Counted from the first letter of the stretch, positions 11,386-21,486 are shown. The stretch: 64,000 nt of DNA from Deltaproteobacteria bacterium (GCA_040218735.1 JAVJQW010000008.1:1-64000), one strand, 5' to 3'. The notes: generated by a model from the letters alone, not told the origin. Numbers and translations: made by a program.

Positions 11386-12582
11386 GTGGGGTATGGTTCG
11401 GACGCGGTGGGGATCCATCTCCTCGACAACACCGTGCAGAAGTACGACTGGGGATCGAGGACCGCGATCCCCGAGTTCCTCGGCGCGCCCAACCCGTCCC
11501 GCGAACCGTTCGCGGAGCTGTGGATCGGCGCGCACGACCGCGCGCCGTCGAAGGTGCTCCAGCAGGGGCGCCGGATCCCGCTGAACCGGCTGATCGCCGA
11601 AGACCCGACGCGCTGGCTGGGCCCGCGCATCGAGAAGCAGTTCGGGCGAATGCCGTTCCTCCTCAAGGTGCTCGCGGCGGCGGAGCCGCTCTCGATTCAG
11701 TGCCACCCGTCCGTCGCCCAGGCGCAGGCAGGCTTCGCGCTCGAGGAGTCCTCGGGCCTGCCGCGGACCGCGCGCACGCGTAACTACCGCGACGACAACC
11801 ACAAACCCGAGCTGATGTGCGCGCTCTCCACGTTCACGGCGCTCAAGGGCTTCCGCGCGCAAGACGTCATCGCCGCCGACCTCCGGCAGCTGCAGATCCC
11901 CGAGCTGACGGAGGCGGCCGAGCAGGTGAGCGTCGCGGCGATGTACCGGCACGTGATGGAGCTCCCGCTCGCGCGGAAGGAGACAATCGCGGCGCTCGCC
12001 GCGGAGCGGGCGCGCGCGCTGGAGGCGGATTCGTTTCAGTGGATCGCTCGGCTCGCCGAGATCCACCCGAAGGACATCGGGGTGCTCACGCCGGCGTTCC
12101 TGAACCTCGTCGAGCTGTCGCGCGACGAAGCGATCTACCTCGGTGCGGGCGAGCTGCACGCGTACCTCGGGGGCGTGGGTGTGGAGCTGATGGCGAACTC
12201 CGACAACGTCATCCGCGGAGGCCTCACGCAGAAACACGTCGACGTGGACGAGCTGCTGCGGATCCTCGACCCGCGCACCGGCGAGCCCGAAGTCCTCCAC
12301 GCGAAGTCACTCGCGCCGGGGCTCCGTACGTTCGAGACCCCCGCGCCGGACTTTGCGCTGTCGATCGTCGACCTCGCGGCCGACACGCCGCAGGACTTCA
12401 CGACGGACGGTATCGAGCTGGTGCTCGTGGCGGACGGGCACGCGACGTTCGTCCCCGAGGGCGGCGCGGCGGTGCAGGCGTCGAAGGGCGGCGCCGTGGT
12501 CGTCGCGGGCGCGGTGCCCGCGTACCACGTCGAAGGCAGCGCGCGGCTCTACCGGGCGCGCGGGCGCCCCACCGACGGGTAG
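11386..12582 (+). CDS. manA: Mannose-6-phosphate isomerase, class I
   Basis: YDWGS, AELWIGAH, PFLLKVL....LSIQCHP, YRDDNHKPE, HAYL.G..VELMANSDNVIRGGLT.KH.D. Start could also be GTG at 11407. Confidence 0.95.
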   Translation: MGYGSDAVGIHLLDNTVQKYDWGSRTAIPEFLGAPNPSREPFAELWIGAHDRAPSKVLQQGRRIPLNRLIAEDPTRWLGPRIEKQFGRMPFLLKVLAAAEPLSIQCHPSVAQAQAGFALEESSGLPRTARTRNYRDDNHKPELMCALSTFTALKGFRAQDVIAADLRQLQIPELTEAAEQVSVAAMYRHVMELPLARKETIAALAAERARALEADSFQWIARLAEIHPKDIGVLTPAFLNLVELSRDEAIYLGAGELHAYLGGVGVELMANSDNVIRGGLTQKHVDVDELLRILDPRTGEPEVLHAKSLAPGLRTFETPAPDFALSIVDLAADTPQDFTTDGIELVLVADGHATFVPEGGAAVQASKGGAVVVAGAVPAYHVEGSARLYRARGRPTDG

Positions 12583-13187
12583 ACCTCCGCGGTCCGTCGG
12601 TCCGGGACCGACGACGGCGCGACGGGCGCCTCCGGCTCTCCGAACCCCGCGAGGGCCGCGGCTTTGCGCTCGACATGCGGCGGGTGCGTCGCGCAGCCCT
12701 CCGGATCGTTGAGGCTGTCGATCCACGCGACGAGGTCCTCGCGGGTGAGCCCCAGACGACGCGCGACCTGCCCGGCGAAGTGATCCGCCTCCAACTCCAA
12801 CGCGCGGGACTCGACCGGGCTGGGCCGTTCGGCCCTGTCGAGGTGGCCGCGGGCGAAGTGGCCCAGCTCGTGCGCGATGGAGAGCAACACGGCCGGCGCG
12901 TCGGGGTCCGACTGCCAAACCGCCAGGAAGGTCGGGCGCAGCGTGATCACCGGGCGCCCCAACGGGGTGTTCTCGGGTCCCAGGATGCGTATCGACTCCG
13001 CCTGCGTAGGGCAGAGGTTCACGACCACGTCGACGCCCGCCGCCGCCACGACGCGGGCGACGCGCGCCTCGGCCCACTCGGGGAGCGGCATCGTCGGCAA
13101 CCCGCCGTGGGCCTGCGCCTCCTGGAGCGCGGCCATGAACTGCGCGACCTCGTCGATCTGCACGGTGAGGTTCTCGGTCCGAAGCAC
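12549..13187 (-). CDS. M48-like zinc metallopeptidase domain protein
   Basis: IAHELGH, ELEAD.FA, THPP..ER. Start uncertain; overlaps the manA 3' end. Confidence 0.65.
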   Translation of the reverse strand: MLRTENLTVQIDEVAQFMAALQEAQAHGGLPTMPLPEWAEARVARVVAAAGVDVVVNLCPTQAESIRILGPENTPLGRPVITLRPTFLAVWQSDPDAPAVLLSIAHELGHFARGHLDRAERPSPVESRALELEADHFAGQVARRLGLTREDLVAWIDSLNDPEGCATHPPHVERKAAALAGFGEPEAPVAPSSVPDRRTAEVYPSVGRPRAR

Positions 13188-13199
13188 CGAGACGGTGCG

Positions 13200-15260
13200 T
13201 CAGTCTCGGACGGCCTCGGGGGCCTGCCCCTGCCGCACGACGTAGCGGTAGCCGGTCTGCACCGCGAAGGTCTCGGTGGTGAGCTCCGCGTCCGGCCAGC
13301 GGACGGTGACGTCCGCGGTGCACGCGTCGCCGAGGCCGAAGTGCAGCACGAGGTCGTGCTGGATGCCGTAGTGCCCGTGGCCGCCGCCGACCTCCTGCAC
13401 CTGGCGACCGTCGGCCGTCTCGATCGTCACACGCGCGCCGATGGCGGCGCGGTTGGTGCCCTCCCCGCCTTCGAGGCGGAGCTGGACCCAGTTGCCGATG
13501 TGGCCGACGACGTTCTCGAAGAGGCGGACCTGCGCAGTGTCGTAGCAGGGGCTCGCGTCGTTGGCGCCGCACCGGGAGCGGGAGTGGCCGACGGCGAGGT
13601 CGAGATCACCGTCGCGATCGAAGTCGGCGACCGCGAGGCCGTGGCTGCGGTGGTGGTCGATGCCGAGCGTCGTGGGGACGCGTCGGAACGTGAGCGGGTC
13701 GACCTGTTGGAACAGCAGACCGTGGTTGCCGGGGTAGTCGGACGCGCCGACGTAGACGTCTTTGAAACCGTCGTTGTCGAAGTCGAAGATCGCCGCCGTC
13801 ATGTCGCCGTTGTCCCAGTTGGCGTCCGGGTTGTAGCGCTCGAGGCCCGTCTCCTGGAGTCCCGGGCGCGTGAACGTCGCATCGCCGTCGTTGATCAGCA
13901 GCTCGGAGCGATCCGCGTTGGTGCCCGCCCACCAGTGTGTGATCTCGGTGGTGAGCAGATCGATCGCGAGGTCGTTGTCGATGTCGGCGCAGACCGTTGT
14001 CCCGCTGTTGCCGCCGAGGCGGAACGCTTCGCGGTCGGACGTGTGGCGCCAGTTCTGTTGCGAGCAGCCGATGCGCGGCGGGTCGACCTCGTCGCAGCCC
14101 TCGGCGCTCGGGGACGACTCGCAGTAACAGCGCGCGAACTCGTTGTCGCGCCAGTCGAGGTTGTCGTCGTAGGCGTAGCCGCTCGCGACGGATTCGTTCG
14201 CGAAGCGCACCGTTCCGTCCAACGAACGCTCGCCGCGCCACAGGTGGTTGGGCGCGCGGCCGTAGGAGGCAGCGAGGAGCTCGGTGGTGCCGTCGTCGTT
14301 CAGGTCACACGCGGCGACGGACCACGCGCGGCTGTGTGCGAGGCCGGCGTTGATGTCTTCGGTGTTCGACCAATCGGCGGTGACGAGGCCGACGTCCGCG
14401 GTGACGTCCTGCATCCGGCCCTCGCCGACGTTCTTGTAGAGGAGGTCGTGCCGGAAGAGGACGGCCGAGCCCCCCGCCGGCGTGTAGTTGTGCTGGCCGA
14501 CGAAGAGGTCGAGGAGGCCGTCGCGGTCGTAGTCGACGAACGCGGCGCCGGCGACGATGTCGACGTCGTTGGCGCGGCGCAGCTCGGAGTCCTCCCAGCC
14601 GAGGACGAAGTGCCCGGTGCCGTCGTTGAACATCAGCTCGCTCGTCGCGCCCGGGAGCGCGCCGTCGATGCCGGTGCTCATGCCGGTGTAGACGTCGAGG
14701 TCACCGTCGTTGTCGACGTCGCCGAACGCGACCACCTCGCCGGGGCGGCCGAGCGCGTTGGGCTGTCGCGTGGCGCGGAGCTCGGAGGCGATCGTGATGT
14801 CCTCGAAGGTGCCGTCGCCGCGGTTCCTCAACAGCCACGTGCGGCGCACCCCGTCCGGGCCGAAGTCGTCGGAGCCGTTCCCGCCGCGGCGCACGAGGAG
14901 GTCCGGCCAGCCGTCGCCGTCGACGTCACCGACCGCGAGGCGTGTGCCCAACACGCCGAGATCGACGAGCCCCCAGTCCTCCGTCGCGTCGGTGAACGCG
15001 GGCGCGGGGTCGATCCACTTCACGCCGAGCTTGCAGCGATCCTCGAGCGGCGGGAGGCAGGCGCCCGCGCTGCACGTCTCCGTAGCGCCGCACACCGGTC
15101 CGCCCGCGCCGCAGTGACAGAGGCCGTCGGCCTCGCAAGTGCTCCCGGCCGCGCAGGTGACGGCGGCGCAAGGGTCGAGCGGCGTGATGACGTCGTCCTT
15201 CTCGGGCTCGGTGCAGGCCACGGCGAGGAGGAGGACGGCGAGGACGAAGGAGCGAGGCAC
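13200..15260 (-). CDS. CRTAC1-family FG-GAP/VCBS repeat lipoprotein with C-terminal ASPIC/UnbV domain
   Basis: Repeated D.D.DG..DL motifs; NRAAIGARV...LHFGLG....VRWP; LAVAC lipobox; N-terminal Cys-rich repeat. Confidence 0.9.
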   Translation of the reverse strand: MPRSFVLAVLLLAVACTEPEKDDVITPLDPCAAVTCAAGSTCEADGLCHCGAGGPVCGATETCSAGACLPPLEDRCKLGVKWIDPAPAFTDATEDWGLVDLGVLGTRLAVGDVDGDGWPDLLVRRGGNGSDDFGPDGVRRTWLLRNRGDGTFEDITIASELRATRQPNALGRPGEVVAFGDVDNDGDLDVYTGMSTGIDGALPGATSELMFNDGTGHFVLGWEDSELRRANDVDIVAGAAFVDYDRDGLLDLFVGQHNYTPAGGSAVLFRHDLLYKNVGEGRMQDVTADVGLVTADWSNTEDINAGLAHSRAWSVAACDLNDDGTTELLAASYGRAPNHLWRGERSLDGTVRFANESVASGYAYDDNLDWRDNEFARCYCESSPSAEGCDEVDPPRIGCSQQNWRHTSDREAFRLGGNSGTTVCADIDNDLAIDLLTTEITHWWAGTNADRSELLINDGDATFTRPGLQETGLERYNPDANWDNGDMTAAIFDFDNDGFKDVYVGASDYPGNHGLLFQQVDPLTFRRVPTTLGIDHHRSHGLAVADFDRDGDLDLAVGHSRSRCGANDASPCYDTAQVRLFENVVGHIGNWVQLRLEGGEGTNRAAIGARVTIETADGRQVQEVGGGHGHYGIQHDLVLHFGLGDACTADVTVRWPDAELTTETFAVQTGYRYVVRQGQAPEAVRD

Positions 15261-15280
15261 GACCACTTCTTCACAATATC

Positions 15281-15296
15281 TTGACCGATTGGTCAA
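15281..15296. promoter_or_regulatory. 16-bp palindromic operator candidate TTGACCGATTGGTCAA
   Basis: Near-perfect inverted repeat in the divergent intergenic region, ~20 bp from the CRTAC1-like start. Confidence 0.55.
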
Positions 15297-15458
15297 ACGA
15301 CAGCCGGCGGACCCCCCTCGACCGACAAGCCCGTGGACGGCGTTGTCGACGCCGTGGACGGCCCGAGGGCTCGAAGCGTCGGTTATCGCGCCGAATTCGC
15401 TGGCCTGCCGCGTGCACTACCCGAGGGCGGCCGCGAGGCCGGAAAGGAACGAAAGAAG

Positions 15459-15962
15459 ATGAAGAACCGCACCAACCTCTGGGCACGGATGCGCGCGCGT
15501 GTGGAGGCCGTCGGCCTTCGGCGTCTGCTCGCGGTCGGCCTCGGCGGCGGCGTCCTCGTGCTGGGGATCGACGCCGGGATCGCCCACTTCGCGGGGCGCG
15601 GCATGAAACACCTCGGGCAGCTGGTCCCGGTCGTCTTCGGACCCCTCGCCTTCTTCGCGATGTTGTTCGCGCTGAAGACGCGGGCGCACCGGGAGCGCTT
15701 CGACACCCTCGCGCGGGTCGTCGGCGCCCTCACCGCGGGGGTCGGGCTCCTGGGCACCGCCTTCCACGGCATCGCCTTCGCCCGGTACTTCGCGGAGGGG
15801 CCGGTCACGAATGACCTGGTGCAGATGGCGCTGATGCTCGCGCCGCCGCTGTTCGCCCCCGGCGCCTTCATCGGCCTCGGCGCGGTCCTCTTCGGGCTGG
15901 CGAGCCACAAGGTGACGGTGACGATGCGCCCGGTGCTTCTCGCCCCCGCACCGGCGTGCTAA
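15459..15962 (+). CDS. Hypothetical 4-TM membrane protein
   Basis: Four hydrophobic segments, GTAFH and APPLFAPGAF; RBS-like AGGA upstream. Confidence 0.7.
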   Translation: MKNRTNLWARMRARVEAVGLRRLLAVGLGGGVLVLGIDAGIAHFAGRGMKHLGQLVPVVFGPLAFFAMLFALKTRAHRERFDTLARVVGALTAGVGLLGTAFHGIAFARYFAEGPVTNDLVQMALMLAPPLFAPGAFIGLGAVLFGLASHKVTVTMRPVLLAPAPAC

Positions 15963-16004
15963 CGGAAGCGGCGCCGCCGTCAGGGCGGTTTTCGCGAGGT
16001 AGGT

Positions 16005-16829
16005 ATGGACGGTCACGGCCCCATCGGAATGTTCGACTCCGGCGTCGGCGGCCTGACCGTCCTCGGGCGCATCGCAGCCCAGCTCCCCGACGAACCGATC
16101 TTCTACATCGCGGACCAGGCCCACGTTCCGTACGGCGGACGACCGCTGTCCGAGATTCGCGAGCTGGCGACGAACCTCTCCAACACGCTGTTCGACCACG
16201 GCTGCAAGGCGCTCGTCATGGCGTGCAACATCTCGAGCGCGACGACGCTCGAGAGCGTCGCGTCCGCGTACCCGAAACACCCGGTGCTCGGGATGATCGA
16301 TCCCGGCGCCGCCGCCGCAGCGGTCGCCACCGACCACGGGCGCATCGGTGTCCTCGCGACGGCCGGCACGGTCGCGAGCCGCGCGTACCCCGACACGTTC
16401 GCTCGAATGGATTCCACGCTGCACGTCGCGCAGGTCGCGTGCCCGCAGTTCGTGCCGCTCGTGGAGCGCGGCGCGACGGACGGCGCCGAAGCCGAAGCCG
16501 CGTGCCGCCTGTACCTCGCGCCGCTCCTCGCGGAGCGCGTCGACACCATCGTGCTCGGCTGCACGCACTACCCGTACTTGCTGCCGATGCTGAAGCGCTG
16601 CGCGCCTGGCGTGACGTTCATCGATCCCGCGGTCTACGTGACGCGCCAGCTCGCGACGCAGCTCAGTCGCCGCGGGACACGCGCGACGGGCCCGCGCGGT
16701 CCGCACCGGTTGTTCACGACCGGCGATGTTTCGCGCTTCTCGGAGCAGCTGTCGACGATGCTGCCGGATGTCGACTACGTCGCGGCGCACCTGGAGCTTT
16801 CGATGGCGCCGCGCGCCGCCGCGTGCTGA
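16005..16829 (+). CDS. murI: Glutamate racemase
   Basis: IGMFDSGVGGLTV, PYG, ACN, LGCTHYP. Confidence 0.95.
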   Translation: MDGHGPIGMFDSGVGGLTVLGRIAAQLPDEPIFYIADQAHVPYGGRPLSEIRELATNLSNTLFDHGCKALVMACNISSATTLESVASAYPKHPVLGMIDPGAAAAAVATDHGRIGVLATAGTVASRAYPDTFARMDSTLHVAQVACPQFVPLVERGATDGAEAEAACRLYLAPLLAERVDTIVLGCTHYPYLLPMLKRCAPGVTFIDPAVYVTRQLATQLSRRGTRATGPRGPHRLFTTGDVSRFSEQLSTMLPDVDYVAAHLELSMAPRAAAC

Positions 16830-16830
16830 C

Positions 16831-17697
16831 GTGCACCCGATCGTCGCGTTCCTCGTTCACCTCCGGGTCCACTACCAGCTGTTCGTCCTGTCCGGCGGTT
16901 ATCTGCTCGGTGGGCTGTACGCCGAGCGACCGGCGTTGCCGTCCTTCGTGCTGCAGTTCTTCGTGGTGCACGTCCTGCTGAACGGCGGGGTCACGGCCTA
17001 CAACTCGTACTGGGACGACGACGACGGGCCGATCGGTGGCGTGGAGAACCCACCGAAGATGGCGCCGTGGATGCACCACGCGGCGATCGTCGTGCAGCTC
17101 GCGGGGCTCCCGTTCGCGTATCACGCGGGTCCGATCTTCTCGGGGCTGTACGTCCTGACGATGGTGTTGTCGGTCGCGTACAGCCGCAAGGGTCCGCGCT
17201 GGAAGGGGCACCCGATTCTCAGCCTCGTCGCGGTGGGGATCGGTACGGGGACGAACACGTTCTGGATGGGCGCGCTCGCGGCGGGGCGTTCGTTCGACGT
17301 GTGGCTGCTGATCGCGGGCGTCGGCGTCGCGCTGTTGTTGCTGAGCCTCTATCCGGTCTCGCAGGTCTTCCAGATCGAGGAGGACGAAGCAAACGGCGAC
17401 CGCACGTTCGCGGTCGCGTACGGGCTCGCGGGCGTGCGTCAGTGGTTCGGCGCCGCCTATACGTTTGGGCTCGCGCTGGTCGTCGCCACGCTCGTGCGCG
17501 TGCACGCGGAGATCGGGATCGCGGTGGGCGTGCTCGGCGCGATCGGCGGGCTCGTGGACGCGCGCTTGTTGTGGTCGCTGCGCGGTGAAGCGTCCGAGTA
17601 CCGTGCGGTGATGCGGTTGAAATACACCGCGTCGCTCTCGTTCGTAGTCGGCGTCGTCGCGGCGTTGGCGCTGGTGATCAGCAGCGGGGGCAGCTGA
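16831..17697 (+). CDS. UbiA-family prenyltransferase
   Basis: AYNSYWDDDDG, AYS...RWK..P, EEDEANGDRTFAV; multi-TM. GTG 1 nt after the murI stop. Confidence 0.85.
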   Translation: MHPIVAFLVHLRVHYQLFVLSGGYLLGGLYAERPALPSFVLQFFVVHVLLNGGVTAYNSYWDDDDGPIGGVENPPKMAPWMHHAAIVVQLAGLPFAYHAGPIFSGLYVLTMVLSVAYSRKGPRWKGHPILSLVAVGIGTGTNTFWMGALAAGRSFDVWLLIAGVGVALLLLSLYPVSQVFQIEEDEANGDRTFAVAYGLAGVRQWFGAAYTFGLALVVATLVRVHAEIGIAVGVLGAIGGLVDARLLWSLRGEASEYRAVMRLKYTASLSFVVGVVAALALVISSGGS

Positions 17698-18334
17698 AGC
17701 CGAAGGTGCGCTGCACCGGCCACGGCTCGCGGTCCGCCAACAGATCCTCCGCGCGGATCTGGACGCACCATTGCTCTTCGACGCGGTCGCGCGGGGCTGC
17801 GTTGAGGCGGAGCACGTCGACGCCGAGCACGAGGGTGTGGTTCGCGTCGCGGAGTAGGACGTCGCCGTCGGCCCAGCTCTCGACCGCGACTTCGTGAACG
17901 GCGGCGGGGAGCGCGAGCTCGACGGCGTGCCCGCACTTCGGGCGCATCGCGAGCTTCGGGGCCTCGGCCTTGCCTCCGCGCCAGCGGTGCACGGCGAGGT
18001 GGACGAGGAGCTTCGCGATGACGTGCGCCCAGTGCTCGCCGCCCGTCGGGCAGGCGCCCCCGTCCTTGCGATGAGAGAAGTATGGGCGCGGCGCGCGCCG
18101 CCCGGACTCGAGCTCGACGGGGCGGCCATCGACGAGCGGTCGGCCCTTGCGGTGCACCTTCGCGTCGCAGACCGGGCACACAAACGCGTCGCGTCGGCTC
18201 GCATCGCCGGGTTCGACGGGAACGGCGCGCGCGCGACCGTCCGGGCCGATCGCGAAGGCAAACGGCACGCGCCCCCGCTGCGGCGGCGCCACGGGCTCAC
18301 TCGCTCGGCCGAGCTCGAAGGAGAGCTGCCCCAT
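17678..18334 (-). CDS. CoiA-like zinc-finger protein
   Basis: FVCPVC...PYFSH...C...E...H..AK N-terminal CoiA-like pattern; C-terminal CPRC. Confidence 0.55.
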   Translation of the reverse strand: MGQLSFELGRASEPVAPPQRGRVPFAFAIGPDGRARAVPVEPGDASRRDAFVCPVCDAKVHRKGRPLVDGRPVELESGRRAPRPYFSHRKDGGACPTGGEHWAHVIAKLLVHLAVHRWRGGKAEAPKLAMRPKCGHAVELALPAAVHEVAVESWADGDVLLRDANHTLVLGVDVLRLNAAPRDRVEEQWCVQIRAEDLLADREPWPVQRTFGFSCPRC

Positions 18335-18403
18335 CCCCGGCCGACGATACCCCCTCGACCTTCGGGACAGCCAACGGATGACGGACCTGGGTGAAATCCG
18401 GTA

Positions 18404-21181
18404 GTGCTTCGTCCGTTGGGCCCCACCGGTGCCATCTTGCTCGTCGCGCTCGGCGCGACTCCGCCCGTCGAGGCCGCCATCGAGGCGATCCTGGAGGGTC
18501 CGGTGAGCCGCGCGCGCCGCGTGGAGCTGGGGGCAACGCAGGCGATCGTGGGCGTCGAAGTTCCCCAAGGAATTCCGCTCGACGATCTCCCGCCCGAGAT
18601 CGAGAACCGCTTCGAGGTCGTCACCGGGCTCCTCGCCGCGCGGCGCCCCGAGATCGACGCGGTGCACCTACTCGTCGCGCACCCGGGGGAGCCGCTCGCG
18701 CCACCGCCGGTGCGCCTCCCCAACCCGGACCGACGTCGTGTGTACGGCGCAAAGTCCGACCCGACGCGGTTCCCGTTCGGGCAGGCGCTCGCGGGGCGCG
18801 TCGTCGCGATCAGCGCCGGGCACGGGTACATCTACTACGACTCCCTCGGTCGCTACTCGACGCAGCGCGGAAACATTCAGTGGAACGGGTGCGGGTCGTG
18901 CCGCGGCATCGTCGAAGACTTCGAGACGCACGAGATCGTCGTGCGCCACCTCATCCCGTTGCTGGAGGGCGCGGGGGCACGCGTGATCATGGTGCGCGAC
19001 CGCGCCTACGCGTCGGACGGTCAGATCGTCGACGACGGCGACGCGAGCTACACCGAGGGCGGCACGTTCTCGGACGGGACGAGCGCGGGCGGCCACGGCG
19101 ACGACTATCGCGTCTCGGACGCCGACGGGGCCTCGGCGACGTTCTCGCTGATCGCACCCTCGAGCGGACGCCAGCACCTCTCGTTCTGGTTCGTCAGCGG
19201 TAGCAACCGCTACGACGCCGCGCGGCTGTGGGTCGAAGCGGACGGCGTTCGCCGCGACTACGTGCTCGACCTCGTCACCCACGGACAGCGCTGGGCGCCG
19301 ATCACGGATCTGATCGTCGAGGCCGGGACGCCGGTCGACGTCACCCTTGCGGCGCCCGCGACGCCGTCGGAGGGGTTCCTCATCGCCGACGCGGTCCGGC
19401 TCGGGAGCGGCACCCACTCCAGCGGCCACCCCTGGTGGCAGATGGGCGCGCAGCCGTTCGCCGTCTACCAGAACGCACCCGCGGACGTTCAGTCGCGCGG
19501 CGACGTGACCGCACGACCGCGGTACGCGGAGTACTACGGCGCCGACATCTACGTCGCGCTCCACAGCAACGCGTCCGGGCAACCCGACAGCACCGCGGCC
19601 GGCAGCGTCACCTACCGCTACAACTGCGGCACGTTCCCACAGCACGCCAACGATCCGCCCGCGACCGACTGCGACGACCCGGTGGGGAGCGATCGCCTTC
19701 AGGAGCTCGTGCACGGGTCCATGGTCGAAGCGATCGAAGCGGACTGGGACACCAACTGGCTCGACCGCGGCACGAAGGTCGCCAACTTCGGTGAGCTGCG
19801 TGAGCTCGACGGCATCCCCGGCGTGCTGATCGAGAGCGCCTTCCACGACAACGTCCAGCTGTCGGGCGGGTCGAGCCTACGCGTCACGGACAACCAGGCG
19901 CTGCACGACCCGCGGTGGCGGCGCGCCGCGGCGTTTGGCATCTACCGCGGCATCACCGAGTACTTCAGCCCCGGCGCTCCGCTCGTCGCCCCGCCGCCCG
20001 CGGACGTCGCGGTGCGACGCGTCGACGCGACGCGGGTGGAGGTGAGCTTCACCGCCGCGCCCAACGCCGACGCGCACCGCATCTACGTCGCGACCGACGG
20101 CCGGGTCTTCGACCACGGTCGCATCGCGATGCAGAGCCCCGCAATGCTCGAAGACCTCACGCCGGAGTCGATCGTCTCGGTCCGCGTCGCCGCGATCAAC
20201 GCGGCGGGCGAAGGGCTCCCCAGCCGCATCGTCGCCGCGCGTCCCTCGGCGCGGCGCGCGCAGCTCCTCCTCGTCGACGCGTTCGAACGCGAGGACGCCT
20301 GGGTGCAGGACGTCGACAACCGCCACGACACCCTCTTCTCCCACGCGCTCGCGTTGCAGTCGGTGGAGCACGCGTTCGACGGCGTCACGGAGGCGGCCCT
20401 CGCGGACGTCGACCTCGCCGCGTACGACGGCGTCGTCGTCGCGCTCGGACGCGAGTCGACCGAGCACGGCGTCCTCACTGCCGCGCTCCGCGATCGCATC
20501 CGCACGGCGAGTGTCGCGGTGTTCATGAGCGGCAGTGAGATCGGGTGGGCGCTCGACCAACGCGGCGATGAAGAATCGCGTGCGTTCCTCCTCGACACGT
20601 TCGGCGCGCGCTACGCCGCGGACGACGCCGGCTCCGCGACGGTTCAGGGTGCGAGCGGTTGGCTCACGACGCCTACGGCGGCGATCGCCACCGCACCCGG
20701 CGACGCGCTGCAGGTGTTTTCGTCCGACGTGCTCGCGCCCGAACCCGGCGCCGTCGCCGAGCTGCTCTACGACGACGGTACGAGCGTCGCCGCCGTGCGC
20801 TCGGGGAACAACGTCGCGATGGGCGTGGCGCTCGACAGCGTGGTCGACCCGACGCACCGCGCGTCGATCCTCGGCGGCTGGGCGACGAACGCGGTCGAGC
20901 TCGCGCCGATCACGCCGCCGCGCGACGGCGGTGTCGTGGCCGACGCGGGTGTCGTCGACGGCGGCGCACCCGACCGCGACGGTGGGACCGTGGTACGTGA
21001 CGCCGGCACGCCGGACGCGACGCCCTCGCCCGTACCGCTGGGTCAGGTTCGCGCCCTGGCGGAGGACCCGATCCGCGGCAGCTGCGGGTGCCAGACCCGC
21101 GGCGGGGACATGTCCGGGGCCTGGGGCCTACTTCTCCTGCTGGGGCTCTTGGCCCGGTCGGACAGAGATCCGAGGGCGTAA
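18404..21181 (+). CDS. N-acetylmuramoyl-L-alanine amidase with golvesin/Xly-like and FN3 domains and MYXO-CTERM tail
   Basis: ISAGHG, VALHSNA, VLIE.AFHDN, IADAVRL, VAAINAAGEG; C-terminal GSCGC...GLLLLLGLLAR. Confidence 0.85.
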   Translation: MLRPLGPTGAILLVALGATPPVEAAIEAILEGPVSRARRVELGATQAIVGVEVPQGIPLDDLPPEIENRFEVVTGLLAARRPEIDAVHLLVAHPGEPLAPPPVRLPNPDRRRVYGAKSDPTRFPFGQALAGRVVAISAGHGYIYYDSLGRYSTQRGNIQWNGCGSCRGIVEDFETHEIVVRHLIPLLEGAGARVIMVRDRAYASDGQIVDDGDASYTEGGTFSDGTSAGGHGDDYRVSDADGASATFSLIAPSSGRQHLSFWFVSGSNRYDAARLWVEADGVRRDYVLDLVTHGQRWAPITDLIVEAGTPVDVTLAAPATPSEGFLIADAVRLGSGTHSSGHPWWQMGAQPFAVYQNAPADVQSRGDVTARPRYAEYYGADIYVALHSNASGQPDSTAAGSVTYRYNCGTFPQHANDPPATDCDDPVGSDRLQELVHGSMVEAIEADWDTNWLDRGTKVANFGELRELDGIPGVLIESAFHDNVQLSGGSSLRVTDNQALHDPRWRRAAAFGIYRGITEYFSPGAPLVAPPPADVAVRRVDATRVEVSFTAAPNADAHRIYVATDGRVFDHGRIAMQSPAMLEDLTPESIVSVRVAAINAAGEGLPSRIVAARPSARRAQLLLVDAFEREDAWVQDVDNRHDTLFSHALALQSVEHAFDGVTEAALADVDLAAYDGVVVALGRESTEHGVLTAALRDRIRTASVAVFMSGSEIGWALDQRGDEESRAFLLDTFGARYAADDAGSATVQGASGWLTTPTAAIATAPGDALQVFSSDVLAPEPGAVAELLYDDGTSVAAVRSGNNVAMGVALDSVVDPTHRASILGGWATNAVELAPITPPRDGGVVADAGVVDGGAPDRDGGTVVRDAGTPDATPSPVPLGQVRALAEDPIRGSCGCQTRGGDMSGAWGLLLLLGLLARSDRDPRA

Positions 21182-21486
21182 CTTCCCGCTGGCCGCGGCC
21201 GCGGGAGCATGTTACGCGCACCGGTTTTTCGCCCGCATGAACACCCTGTCGAGATTTTGACAGTCAGGTGACAGATGCGTGCCCCCAATCGCACGAATCA
21301 CCGATCCCGCCCGGAGCTTTGCAAGCAGGCTTGCAGTGAAACGAAGGACTTACGGATCGCCGTCCACAGACCTGAATAACCTGTGAATTACGGTCCGGCG
21401 TGACGTTTCACGGACTTTCGAAGCGGTGCGTCATGGCTTCCGACCCGCCGGTCGTGATCCAGATCCCGTTCACCTGGGCCGAACAC

